A stretch of DNA of 64,000 bases from an uncultured Candidatus Rokubacteria bacterium (GTDB lineage Bacteria; Methylomirabilota; Methylomirabilia; Rokubacteriales; DASRDR01), in NCBI GenBank assembly GCA_963708025.1, contig CAVPSB010000019.1, positions 294,156 through 358,155 on the forward strand, in the 5' to 3' direction. Made by a program: the position numbers and the translations under genes. Position 1 is the stretch's first letter, and each line of letters starts with the position of its first letter. Below are positions 19,696-28,526 of this stretch, in pieces. The notes under the pieces are model-generated. The model worked only from the letters and a program-made list of their open reading frames with translations, ran no database searches and had not been told where the DNA came from.

Positions 19696-20601
19696 CTAGC
19701 GCTCCCGGTTGACGAGGTAGATGCCCGCCGCCACCAGGGCAGCGCCGCCGGCCAGCACCCCGCTCACCGACTCGTCGAGCAGGAGCGCGCCGGCGGCCAG
19801 GCCCAGCAGCGGCGTCCAGAAGGTGAAGGCGGCCATCTGGGAGGCCGGGTAGCGCGTCAGCAGCCAGAACCAGGCGAGGTAGCTCGCGAAGGCGATGACG
19901 AGCGTCTGGTAGGCGAGCGCGCCGAGGACGAGCGGGGTGGGGCGGGTCAGGCCGGGCTCGCCGGTGAGCGCGGCGAGCCCGAGCAGCGCGATCGCCGAGC
20001 CGGCGAGCTGGTAGAAGAGGGTCTTCGGCGGGCTCACCGACCGGCCGCGCGCCTTGACGACCAGGGTCGTCGCCCCCCACAGGATCGCGCCGACCAGCTC
20101 CATCCCGTCCCCGAGCAGCTCTCGCCGCGAGGGCAGCCGGAGGCCATCGGCGAAGGCGAGGACGATTCCGGCGAAGGCGCACACGAGGCCGAGCACCTTC
20201 GCGCGGTGGAGGCGCTCGCCGGGCAGGAGCCAGTGGGCCCCGAGCGCGACGACGAACGGCGCGGTGTAGATGAACAGCACCGCCCGGGAGGCGGCGGTGT
20301 AGGTGAGACCCCAGTAGATGAAGACGAACTCGAGCGCGAACAGCGCGGCGATGGTGGCGCCGTAGCCGAGGGAGCCGTCACGCCGGAAGAGTGGGATGCC
20401 GCGGGCGGCGGCCCACGCCCACACGCAGAGGGCGGCCCCCGCCGAGCGGATGCCGGCCTGGTAGAGTGGCGAGATCCCGGCGTTGGCGATCTTGATCGAG
20501 ACCTGCCCGAGCCCCCAGAGGGCGCAGAGGCCCAGCAGGAGCGCCATCGCCGGCCAGTCGAGGGCCTCAGGCTTCGTCGCCGGGAGCCGGGTCGGGCGCA
20601 C
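19696..20601 (-). CDS. DMT/EamA family transporter
   Basis: Ten-TM EamA pattern: LWGLGQVSIK, YTAPF, ERL, FWTPL...LLDESVS. Confidence 0.88.
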   Translation of the reverse strand: MRPTRLPATKPEALDWPAMALLLGLCALWGLGQVSIKIANAGISPLYQAGIRSAGAALCVWAWAAARGIPLFRRDGSLGYGATIAALFALEFVFIYWGLTYTAASRAVLFIYTAPFVVALGAHWLLPGERLHRAKVLGLVCAFAGIVLAFADGLRLPSRRELLGDGMELVGAILWGATTLVVKARGRSVSPPKTLFYQLAGSAIALLGLAALTGEPGLTRPTPLVLGALAYQTLVIAFASYLAWFWLLTRYPASQMAAFTFWTPLLGLAAGALLLDESVSGVLAGGAALVAAGIYLVNRER

Positions 20602-20686
20602 GATCCGTCATCATATACCGCCTCGCCGGATTGACAGGCGCGCGAGTCGCGTGGTAAGGCTGGGCCGCGCGCTCGTCGCGCGACCC

Positions 20687-22105
20687 ATGCCAGCGACCGT
20701 CGACCTGATCCTCCACGGCGGCACCATCGTCACCGCCTCCGACGCCTACGAGGCGAGCGTCGCCGTCCACGGCGAGAAGATCGTGGCCATCGGGCCGGCG
20801 TCGATGCTGCCGGACGCCCGGCGCGCCATCGATGTCGGCGGGAAGCTCGTCTTCCCGGGCGCCATCGACTGCCACGTCCACCTGGGCTCCGAGTACGACG
20901 ACTGGCGCGGCGGCCCCATCGCCGCCGCACACGCCGGGCTGACGACCCTGGTGGGCTTCGGCCTCTACGACGACCGGGCCCGGGAGACGCTGCCCCAGGC
21001 GATCGGGCGGCTGCGGGAGGAGACGGGCCGGCAGTCCGTCCTCGACTTCGGCTTCCACTTCATCCTGACCAACCAGCCCTACATCCTGGACGGCATCCCG
21101 GAGGCCATCCGGCTCGGCGTCAGTTCGTTCAAGCTCTTCATGACCTACAAGAAGCGCGGGAACCGGATGTGCTCCGACGACTTCATCTGCCAGGTGATGG
21201 AGCGGGTCGCGGCGCACGGCGGGGTGACCCAGCTCCACTGCGAGAACGGCGACGTCATCGAGTACCTGGAGAACAAGGCGATCGCCGAGGGCCGGGTCCA
21301 GCCCACGGAGTTCCCGGCCACCTGCCCCGACTGGGTGGAGGAGGAGGCGATCAACCGGGCCATCAAGATGGGGGCGCTGACCGGCTCCCCGGTGTACGTG
21401 GTCCACCTCTCGAGCCAGCTCGGGCTGGAGCGGATCAAGCAGGCCCAGGCGACCGGCCAGCGCGTGTGGACGGAGACCTGCCCCCAGTACCTCCTCCTCA
21501 CCGAGAACGAGATGGAGCGCTGGGGGCCGCTGGCCAAGATCGGGCCGCCCCTGCGCCCGGCCGCCGGCCCCGACCGGGAGGCGCTCTGGCGCGGGTCCGC
21601 CCAGGGCTACATCGCGACCGTCGGGAGCGACCACTCGGCGCGCCCGAAGGCGGCCAAGGCGGCCGGGTGGAAGAACATCTTCGTCGACGAGGAGGGCCGC
21701 TCGATCCCGTTCGGCGCCCCCTCGCTGGAGACGATGGTGCCGCTCATGTACAGCGAGGGCGTGGTCAAGCGCGGGCTACCGCTCTCGTGGATGGCGCGCG
21801 TGCTGGCCGAGAACCCGGCCCGGATCTTCGGGCTCTACCCCCGCAAGGGGGCGATCCGCGCCGGCGCCGACGCGGACTTCCTGATCGTCGACCCCGAGGC
21901 GTCGTGGACGATCCGGGTCGTCGACCACCTCGGGGTGGCGGGCTGGACGCTCTACGAGGGCTGGCCGGTGCGGGGGCGCCCGTGGATGACGCTCCTCCGG
22001 GGCCGCGTGCTCCTGAACCAGGGGAAGCTGGAGCAGGTGCCGGGCTACGGCCAGTATCTCGCCCGCACCGGCCCCATCTCGCCCGTCGCCGGCCCGGCCC
22101 GCTGA
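20687..22105 (+). CDS. Cyclic amidohydrolase (dihydropyrimidinase/allantoinase-like)
   Basis: PGAIDCHVH, SFKLFMTY, LHCEN, VVHLS, ETCPQYL, GSDHS, ENPARIFGLYPRKG, DADF. Confidence 0.88.
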   Translation: MPATVDLILHGGTIVTASDAYEASVAVHGEKIVAIGPASMLPDARRAIDVGGKLVFPGAIDCHVHLGSEYDDWRGGPIAAAHAGLTTLVGFGLYDDRARETLPQAIGRLREETGRQSVLDFGFHFILTNQPYILDGIPEAIRLGVSSFKLFMTYKKRGNRMCSDDFICQVMERVAAHGGVTQLHCENGDVIEYLENKAIAEGRVQPTEFPATCPDWVEEEAINRAIKMGALTGSPVYVVHLSSQLGLERIKQAQATGQRVWTETCPQYLLLTENEMERWGPLAKIGPPLRPAAGPDREALWRGSAQGYIATVGSDHSARPKAAKAAGWKNIFVDEEGRSIPFGAPSLETMVPLMYSEGVVKRGLPLSWMARVLAENPARIFGLYPRKGAIRAGADADFLIVDPEASWTIRVVDHLGVAGWTLYEGWPVRGRPWMTLLRGRVLLNQGKLEQVPGYGQYLARTGPISPVAGPAR

Positions 22106-22114
22106 CGGGGAGTC

Positions 22115-23630
22115 GTGACCGGTCACGCCGTGCTCGTCCGGGGCGGGCGCCTCGTGGGGGCCGCCGGCGCGGGGGCGGCGCCCGCCGACGTGCTGATCAC
22201 CGGCGACCGCATCGCCACGGTCGGTCCCGCGCTCGCCGCACCGCCCGGCACGCCCGAGCTGGACGCGTCGGGCTGCCTGGTCCTGCCCGGCCTGGTGAAC
22301 GCGCACACCCACGCCCACAACAACCTGCTCCGCGGGCTCGCCGGGCGCTGGACGCTGGAGGACCTCCTCAGCCACGCGCCGGCCCTCAACGGGGGGCGGA
22401 CCCCCGAGGACCACTACCTCTCGGCCGCCCTCGGGGCGATCGAGATGCTGAAGACCGGGTGCACCGCGGCCTACGACCTCGTCATGGCGGCCCCGGCGCC
22501 GACGGAGGACGACCTCGACGCGGTCGTCCGAGCATACGCGGACGTCGGGCTGCGGGTGGTCGTCGCGCCGGCGCTGGCCGACGGGATCTTCTACCGGACG
22601 GTGCCCGGTCTCCTCGACCGCCTGCCTCCCGGGCTCCGCGCGGCCGTCGAGGGCCTCCGGGCGGCGCCGACCGACGGCCTGCTCCGGCTCACCGACGAGG
22701 CGATCCGCCGGTGGCACGGGGCGGCCGGTGGCCGCGTCCGCGTCGCGGTGGCCCCGACGATTCCCGGGCTGTGCAGCGACGCCTTCCTCGCCGGCTGCGC
22801 GCGGCTGGCCCGCGAGCACGGGGTGAGCGTCCACACCCATCTGCTGGAGTCGAAGGTCCAGGCGGTCTCGGCGAGCCGGCGGTGGGGGCGGAGCGTCGTG
22901 GCCCAGCTCGCCGAGATCGGGCTGCTCGGACCCGGGTTCGTGGGAGCCCACGGGGTGTGGCTGACCGACGAGGACATCCGCCGCCTGGCCGACGCCGGCG
23001 CCGGCATCGCCCACAACCCCGCCAGCAATCTGAAGCTCGGCAGCGGCATCGCCCCCGTGCGGGAGCTGCTCGATCGCGGGGTGACGGTGGGCCTCGGCAC
23101 CGACGGGTCGATGAGCTCGGACAACCAGAACGTCTTCGAGGCGATGCGCTTCGCCGCGCTGCTCGGCTGTGTCCGCTTCCCCCACGACCCGGAGCGCTGG
23201 CTCGACGCCGGCGTGGCGTGGCGGCTGGCCACGGCGGGCGGGGCGCGGCTCCTGGGACTCGCCGACGAGATCGGCGCGATCGAGCCGGGACGGAAGGCCG
23301 ACCTCGTCCTCGTCCGGGCCGACTCCACCTTCCTCCGGCCGCTGAACCACGCGCTCAACGCGCTCGTGTACGCCGAGACCGGAGCCAGCGTCGAACACGG
23401 TCCTCGTGGACGGGCGCGTCGCGCTCGAGCACGGCCGGGTGGTCGGCGTCAACGAGGGGCGAATCCGGCTGCGGGCCCAGGACGCTGCCGATCGACTGCG
23501 AGCGCGAAACCAGGACGCCTGGGCATTCGCCGCCGAGCTTCAGCCCTATCTCGGCGCAGCGTGCCGGGCGGCGGTGGCCGAGCCCTACCCCGTCAACCGC
23601 TACGCGGCCCCATCCAAATGGTGGAGCTGA
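22115..23630 (+). CDS. Amidohydrolase, MTA/SAH deaminase or AtzA-like (frameshift near 23395)
   Basis: PGLVNAHTH, HTHLLES, AHGVWL, HNPASNLKLGSG, GTDG, GRKADL; tail VDGRV... in the next frame. Confidence 0.85.
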
Positions 23631-23680
23631 AGCGCCATCTGGCGTCTCGGTCAAGCCCTCGGCGGCATCTGCCCCGCGGG

Positions 23681-24205
23681 CTAGACCACGGCTTCGCGCA
23701 GTCGGGCCCGGAGCGCCTCGAAGCGCGGCCGGAGCGCGTCGGCGGCGCCCGTGGTCCGGGCCAGGTCCTCGAGGTCGCGGTAGTGCTCCTCGGCCTCCTT
23801 GAGCATCGCCAGGAGCTGGCCCTTGCCCCGGCCGGGGGCGTGGGGCGCGATGAAGAGGACGCGCGGCAGCTCCCCCTCCTCCCAGCGGAGGGCCAGCTCG
23901 ACGGCGTCGCGCTCGGTCAGGTCCGGCCGGGCCGCCTCGGCCTCCAGCGCCCCCAGGGCCTCCGCCTCGCGCGCGAGGTCGTCGGGGTCGGCGGGGACGT
24001 CGGGCTTGGGTCCCGTCCACCGCCACATGTGGGCCCAGTCCAGGCACAGCATGAAGATCGCGTGGTGGCTCGCCTCGGTGTTCATGCACTCGCGCCACAG
24101 CCGGGCGCTCTTGCCGTCGCCGAAGCGCTCCGCCAGGGTCCGGTAGAAGTCGATGCCGCGCCGCTCGAAGCCCCGGAACGCCTCGAGCGCGGCCATGATT
24201 TCCAT
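23681..24205 (-). CDS. Ferritin/rubrerythrin-like protein
   Basis: ERRGIDFY, EASHH, EEHY diiron-type ExxH pattern; TATAAT and SD AAAGGAG upstream. Confidence 0.65.
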   Translation of the reverse strand: MEIMAALEAFRGFERRGIDFYRTLAERFGDGKSARLWRECMNTEASHHAIFMLCLDWAHMWRWTGPKPDVPADPDDLAREAEALGALEAEAARPDLTERDAVELALRWEEGELPRVLFIAPHAPGRGKGQLLAMLKEAEEHYRDLEDLARTTGAADALRPRFEALRARLREAVV

Positions 24206-24273
24206 AGGTGCGCGCTCCTTTCCGTCGGATTATATCCCGGCGCGCGATTGCGCGGCCTCGAGGGGGGACGCCC

Positions 24274-24805
24274 GTGACGATGTCCGACTACATGCGCCGG
24301 CTGCGGGGGAAGATCGGCACGGACCTGGTGCAGCTGCCGTCGGTGACCGTCCTGGCGCGCGACGGCCGGGAGCGCGTGCTCCTGGTCCGGCACGCCGAGA
24401 CGGGCTCGTGGGTCCTCCCGGGCGGCGCGGTCGAGCCCCACGAGGTGCCGGCGGACGCCGCGGTCCGCGAGATGTGGGAAGAGACCGGGATCCGCGTCGA
24501 GCTGCTGCCGCGTCCTCGGAGTCTACGGCGGGCCCGAGTTCCACGTCACCTACGGGAACGGCGACGAGGTCTCGTTCGTCATGACCGCGTTCGAGGGCCG
24601 CCCGGTGAGCGGGGAGCCGCGGGCGGACGGCGAGGAGATCCTGGAGGTCCGCTGGGTCGCGCCGGCCGACGCCGCGCTTCTTTCGATGCCGGCCTGGGTC
24701 GGATTGGTCCTGACCGATGCCCTCGGCGATCGGAGCCGGACGCACTTCCGCGCGCCGACCTGGACCCCACCCGGGCCGGTGACCCCCAGGGATGGGGTCC
24801 CTTGA
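24274..24805 (+). CDS. NUDIX hydrolase (frameshift near 24508)
   Basis: Nudix box GGAVEPHEVPADAAVREMWEETG; continuation YGNGDEVSFVMTAF in another frame. Confidence 0.85.
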
Positions 24806-24830
24806 CACCGGAGGGGGCCGTCAGTAGGGT
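24802..24830 (+). promoter_or_regulatory. sigma70 promoter of the rpiB-glyA-nrdR operon
   Basis: TTGACA-N17-TAGGGT. Confidence 0.7.
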
Positions 24831-24845
24831 GGGGGCGGATCGACG

Positions 24846-25313
24846 ATGATCGCGCTTGGCGCCGACCACGCCGGCTGGCAGCTCAAAGAGGAGATCAAGG
24901 CCTGGCTCCTCGGCCGGAACCTCGAGGTCACCGATCTCGGCACCCACTCCCCCGATCCCGTGGACTACCCCGACTACGCGGCCCAGGTCGCGGAGGCCGT
25001 CGCCTCGGGCAAGGCCGCGCGCGGCATCCTGGTCTGCGGCACCGGGATCGGGACGGCCATGACCGCGAACAAGGTGCCGGGGGTCCGGGCGGCCTTCTGC
25101 CCGGATCTTTTCACCGCGCGCACGAGCCGGGAGCACAACGACGCCAACGTCCTGACCCTCGGCGGCCGGCTGACCGGCACCGAGCTGGCGCTCGAGATCG
25201 TCGAGATGTGGCTCCGGAGCGAGTTCCAGGGTGGGCGTCACAGCCGGCGCCTGGGGAAGATCACCGAGCTGGAGCACCGCTACCGCGGGGGTGGGACGGG
25301 CGGGGAGGCGTAG
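24846..25313 (+). CDS. rpiB: Ribose-5-phosphate isomerase B
   Basis: [43 protein letters not shown]. Confidence 0.96.
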   Translation: MIALGADHAGWQLKEEIKAWLLGRNLEVTDLGTHSPDPVDYPDYAAQVAEAVASGKAARGILVCGTGIGTAMTANKVPGVRAAFCPDLFTARTSREHNDANVLTLGGRLTGTELALEIVEMWLRSEFQGGRHSRRLGKITELEHRYRGGGTGGEA

Positions 25314-25314
25314 C

Positions 25315-26565
25315 ATGCAGCGGCTGGAACAGGTCGACCCGGAGGTGGCGAAGGCGATTCGGCAGGAGACCGAGCGCCAGTCGCGGAACCTCGAGCTGAT
25401 CGCCTCCGAGAACTTCGTCTCCGAGGCCGTCCTGGAGGCGGTGGGCTCGGTCATGACCAACAAGTACGCCGAGGGGTACCCGGGGCGGCGCTACTACGGC
25501 GGGTGCGAGCACGTCGACACGGTCGAGGAGCTGGCGGTCCAGCGGGCCAAGGAGCTGTTCGGCGCCGAGCACGCCAACGTCCAGCCCCACTCGGGCTCCC
25601 AGGCGAACATGGCGGTGTACTTCACGGTGCTCAAGCCGGGGGACACGATCCTGGGCCCGAACCTGGCCCACGGCGGCCACCTCACGATGGGGAGCCCGGT
25701 GAACTTCTCCGGGCCGGCTCTACAAGATCGTGCCCTACGGCGTCCGGCGCGAGGACGAGCGGATCGACCTCGACCAGCTCCGGGCGCTGGCGCGGGAGCA
25801 CCGGCCCAAGCTCATCGTCGCCGGTGGCTCCGCCTTCCCGCGGGCGATCGACTTCAAGCCGTTCCGCGAGATCGCCGACGAGGTCGGCTGCCTCCTCATG
25901 GCCGACATCGCGCACCCCGCCGGGCTGGTCGCGGCCGGTCTTCACCCGAGCCCGATGCCCTACGCGGACTTCGTCACGACCACGACCCACAAGACGCTCC
26001 GCGGGCCCGCGCGGCGGCATGGTGATGTGCCGGCCGGCCCACGCCGCCGACGCTCGACAAGACGGTGATGCCCGGCATGCAGGGCGGGCCCCTCATGCAC
26101 GTCATCGCCGCCAAGGCGGTGGCCTTCCGGGAGGCGCTGACCCCGGAATGGCGGGCCTACCAGCGCCAGGTCGTGGCGAACGCCGCCGCCCTCGCCGCCG
26201 CGCTGGTCCGGCGGGGCCACCGGCTGGTCAGCGGCGGGACCGACACGCACCTGATGCTGGTGGACCTGACCGCACGGGGGCTGACCGGCAAGGACGCCCA
26301 GGAGGCGCTCGACCGGGCCTGGATCACCGTGAACAAGAACACGATCCCGTTCGAGACGCGGAGCCCCATGGTGACGAGCGGGATCCGGATCGGGACGCCG
26401 GCGGTGACGACCCGCGGGATGCGGGAGCCGGAGATGGACGCGATCGCCGGCTTCATCGACCGGGTGCTCGAAGCGCGGGGGGACGCCCGGGCCGAGGCCG
26501 GCGTGCGGGCCGACGTGGCGGCGCTCACGGCCCGGTTCCCGCTGTACCCCGAGCGCCTCGGCTGA
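25315..26565 (+). CDS. glyA: Serine hydroxymethyltransferase (frameshifted in this sequence)
   Basis: [67 protein letters not shown] across three frames. Confidence 0.95.
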
Positions 26566-26625
26566 GAACTCGGGGGGCTCGGAAGATCCCTCGCGGCTCG
26601 GAGCGAGTGCAATGGAGTCTTCCGG

Positions 26626-26680
26626 CCCCCCCTCCCCCCGGTGGGTGGGGGAGGGGGGTTGGGGGGGTGGGCGGGAGGTC
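26626..26680 (+). repeat. G-rich repeat family B (copies 44846-44900 and 44948-45000)
   Basis: CCGGTGGGTGGGGGAGGGGGGTTGGGGGG(A/GT)GGG(T/C)GGGAGGT found three times. Confidence 0.8.
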
Positions 26681-26704
26681 CCGAGAATCCCGGGAGGGAC
26701 GACC

Positions 26705-27196
26705 ATGAAGTGCCCGTTCTGCGGCCACACCGAGGACCGCGTCGTCGATTCCCGGGTCGGACGGGACGGCGAGTTCATCCGGCGCCGGCGCGAGTGCCTG
26801 AAGTGCAGCCGGCGCTACACGACGTACGAGTACATCGAGGATGTCCTCCCGATGGTCGTCAAGCGCGACGGCCGCCGGGAGCCCTTCGACCGGGCGAAGC
26901 TCCGCAACTCCATCCTCAAGGCGTGCGAGAAGCGCTCGGTCGGCGTGCAGGCGGTGGACAACATCGTGGCCGACATCGAGGCCAAGCTCCACGAGCGAGC
27001 CGAGAAGGAGGTCTCCAGCCTCGAGCTGGGCGAGCTGGTGATGGGTCAGCTCCAGCGCCTGGATCAGGTCGCCTACGTGCGGTTCGCCTCCGTCTACCGG
27101 CAGTTCAAGGACATCGCCCAGTTCATGGACGAGGTGAAGGGGCTCATCAAGGGCAAGGAGACCGCCAAGAAGCGCCCGACCAAGACGCGCGGCTGA
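26705..27196 (+). CDS. nrdR: Transcriptional repressor NrdR
   Basis: MKCPFC..VVDSR..IRRRRECLKC..RYTTYE, ATP cone, DQVAYVRFASVYRQF. Confidence 0.97.
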   Translation: MKCPFCGHTEDRVVDSRVGRDGEFIRRRRECLKCSRRYTTYEYIEDVLPMVVKRDGRREPFDRAKLRNSILKACEKRSVGVQAVDNIVADIEAKLHERAEKEVSSLELGELVMGQLQRLDQVAYVRFASVYRQFKDIAQFMDEVKGLIKGKETAKKRPTKTRG

Positions 27197-27199
27197 CCT

Positions 27200-28099
27200 T
27201 CAGCCCTTCCGGGTGGCCAGCACGACGCCGGCGATGACCACGAGGGCGCCGGCCAGGTGGACCCAGGTCAGCGGCTCGTCGAGGAAGAGCCAGGACAGCG
27301 CGATGACCTCGAACGGGAGCAGGTTGACGGTGAGCGACGCCACCGGGGCCGAGACGACCCGGATGCCCCGGTAGAACCAGACGTGGGAGAGCGTGACCAG
27401 GGTGGCCGCGTACAGGACGGCGAGCACGGTGGTCGCGGTGAAGGCGGGCAGGGCGAGCCAGGGCCGCTCGAGCAGGGCCAGCGGGACCAGGAACACGACC
27501 GAGACGACGTAGGAGCCGGTGGTCACCACCACCGGGGAGAACTGCCGGGCGACCTGCCGGGCGTAGACCGAGTACACGGCCCAGATTCCCTGGCCGGCCA
27601 GGATGAAGAAGTCGCCGGGATAGAGGTCGAGGTCCAGGAGCGCCCGGACCGACCCCCGGGTGACCGTGAGCACCACGCCGAGGGACGAGAGCACGATGCC
27701 CGCCAGGTTGGTCCGCGTCAGCCGCTCCCGGAGCCAGTAGGCCGAGAGCAGGGCGACCCAGATGGGGCCCGAGGCCCCCAGGATGGCCGCGTTGACCGCC
27801 AGGGTCCGGGCCAGGCCGTAGTACCAGAGCGTGGTGTTGGTCACCAGCCCGGTGAGCGACAGGATGGCGAAGACCCGGAGGTCGGGCAGGCTGACCGACG
27901 GCCAGGTGTGGTAGCTGAAGCGGACGTACCAGAGGAGCACGATGAGGGCGAGGACGGCCCGGAGGGCGGTGAGGGTCAGCGGGCCAATGACCTGGAGGGC
28001 CAGCTTGCCGGCCAGGAAGTTGCCGGCCCAGATGACGCTGATCAGGAGGAGCAACCCGTAGGCTTGCTCCTCGCGAAGGTCCCGGTCAGGCTTCGCCAT
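27200..28099 (-). CDS. DMT/EamA family transporter
   Basis: IWAGNFLAGK, LRERL, WAVYSVY, NLLPF...FLDEPL. Confidence 0.88.
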   Translation of the reverse strand: MAKPDRDLREEQAYGLLLLISVIWAGNFLAGKLALQVIGPLTLTALRAVLALIVLLWYVRFSYHTWPSVSLPDLRVFAILSLTGLVTNTTLWYYGLARTLAVNAAILGASGPIWVALLSAYWLRERLTRTNLAGIVLSSLGVVLTVTRGSVRALLDLDLYPGDFFILAGQGIWAVYSVYARQVARQFSPVVVTTGSYVVSVVFLVPLALLERPWLALPAFTATTVLAVLYAATLVTLSHVWFYRGIRVVSAPVASLTVNLLPFEVIALSWLFLDEPLTWVHLAGALVVIAGVVLATRKG

Positions 28100-28141
28100 C
28101 CCTCGTCCAAGCCGGCCGGCGGCTTCGGGTCATCAAAGGCG

Positions 28142-28169
28142 CGGAGGCCCCGACGAAGCGGGGCCTCCG
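28142..28169 (-). terminator. Perfect 11-bp hairpin, putative terminator of the microprotein transcript
   Basis: CGGAGGCCCCG-N6-CGGGGCCTCCG; only a short T run follows on the minus strand. Confidence 0.55.
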
Positions 28170-28191
28170 AGTCGGACTGGGTAACCGCGCG

Positions 28192-28227
28192 CTACTTCTT
28201 CTTCTTGGCCGCCTTCTTCTTCGCCAC
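28192..28227 (-). CDS. 11-aa lysine-rich microprotein MAKKKAAKKKK
   Basis: GTG GCG AAG AAG AAG GCG GCC AAG AAG AAG AAG TAG; strong SD GGAGGGGGGGTGA 6 nt upstream; own promoter and downstream hairpin. Confidence 0.65.
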   Translation of the reverse strand: MAKKKAAKKKK

Positions 28228-28302
28228 CGAGCCTCACCCCCCCTCCGTCGTCGCGATCCCTCTCGAGGCGGCGCCCTGGACGCCACGCCTCTTCTCGGCG
28301 CG

Positions 28303-28331
28303 AACGTAGGACAGGCGGCGAACCCTGTCAA
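28303..28331 (-). promoter_or_regulatory. Near-consensus sigma70 promoter upstream of the microprotein
   Basis: Minus strand TTGACA-N17-TACGTT. Confidence 0.75.
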
Positions 28332-28439
28332 GCGGAAAATGCAACGGGCGGGGGGCCCGGGGCGCTCTGGCCCCCAGATGTTGTAGAGACCACCGCTTCC
28401 TCGGGTCCGATCCTCGCGGGAAACGTGGCTCGGGAAGCG

Positions 28440-28468
28440 TTGACACACCCCCACCAGGATGCTACGGT
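28440..28468 (+). promoter_or_regulatory. sigma70 promoter of the radical SAM gene
   Basis: TTGACA-N17-TACGGT with TGn extension. Confidence 0.72.
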
Positions 28469-28526
28469 GGGCTCCGCACACCGACACGGCACATCGCCGG
28501 ACCGCACTATCGTCAGGGAGGTCGGG

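Noticed and set aside
25700-26060. Programmed frameshifting in glyA
   Set aside because: Multiple breaks without slippery sites, in a window with many similar indels; error is more likely.
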